Shown: positions 63,912 through 64,000 of the stretch, one piece after another
How the letters are laid out: every line of letters begins with the position of its first letter
Numbering within the stretch: position 1 is the first letter of the stretch
Assembly (NCBI GenBank): GCA_051362555.1
Contig: CM120641.1
Location: 11,470,001-11,534,000 of the forward strand
Reading direction: 5' to 3'
Length of the DNA stretch: 64,000 nucleotides
From: Lingula anatina
Lineage: Eukaryota > Animalia > Brachiopoda
Position numbers and translations under genes: made by a program
The notes under the pieces: generated by a model
Seen by the model: the letters and a program-made list of their open reading frames with translations, nothing else
Database searches by the model: none
Told to the model about the DNA's origin: nothing

Positions 63912-64000
63912 CTGAAACACAAATGTAGGGAATATAATGTACAGCATATTTTCAAAGTTTGCTAAATTTAGAAATATATTTTTGTCTTCTGCACAATATG

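Overview
AT-rich, intron-rich animal genomic DNA, probably a lophotrochozoan such as a mollusc (inferred from gene and repeat content). There are no prokaryotic features or CRISPR arrays. I assembled spliced models by hand from GT-AG boundaries and frame continuity. From left to right: a divergent tetraspanin (-, runs off the left edge); phospholipase DDHD1-like (-) with a degenerate THAP/transposon fragment in one intron; a small Maf bZIP gene (+); a 9-coding-exon, 699-aa protein with an N-terminal PHF6/PHF11-type extended PHD finger and an unrecognised C-terminal region (+); a ~7 kb nest of decayed transposons; BMS1 (-) head-to-head with RPL38 (+); two tandem GPI-anchored Ly6/three-finger genes resembling Drosophila coiled (-); an intronless coiled-coil ORF with a PAM2-like motif (-); and the 3' exons of MCRS1 (-). 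The most notable non-coding signals are four. (1) Eight same-strand GTGGGA(T/A) motifs lie in the small Maf 3' region. (2) A cluster of Maf recognition elements sits in the Maf gene's own first intron, suggesting autoregulation. (3) An 84-bp, 95%-identical element lies mirror-symmetrically in the post-ATG introns of BMS1 and RPL38, around their shared promoter. (4) A four-block cis-regulatory module is conserved between the two Ly6 paralogues. Family assignments rest on remembered motifs, not database searches.
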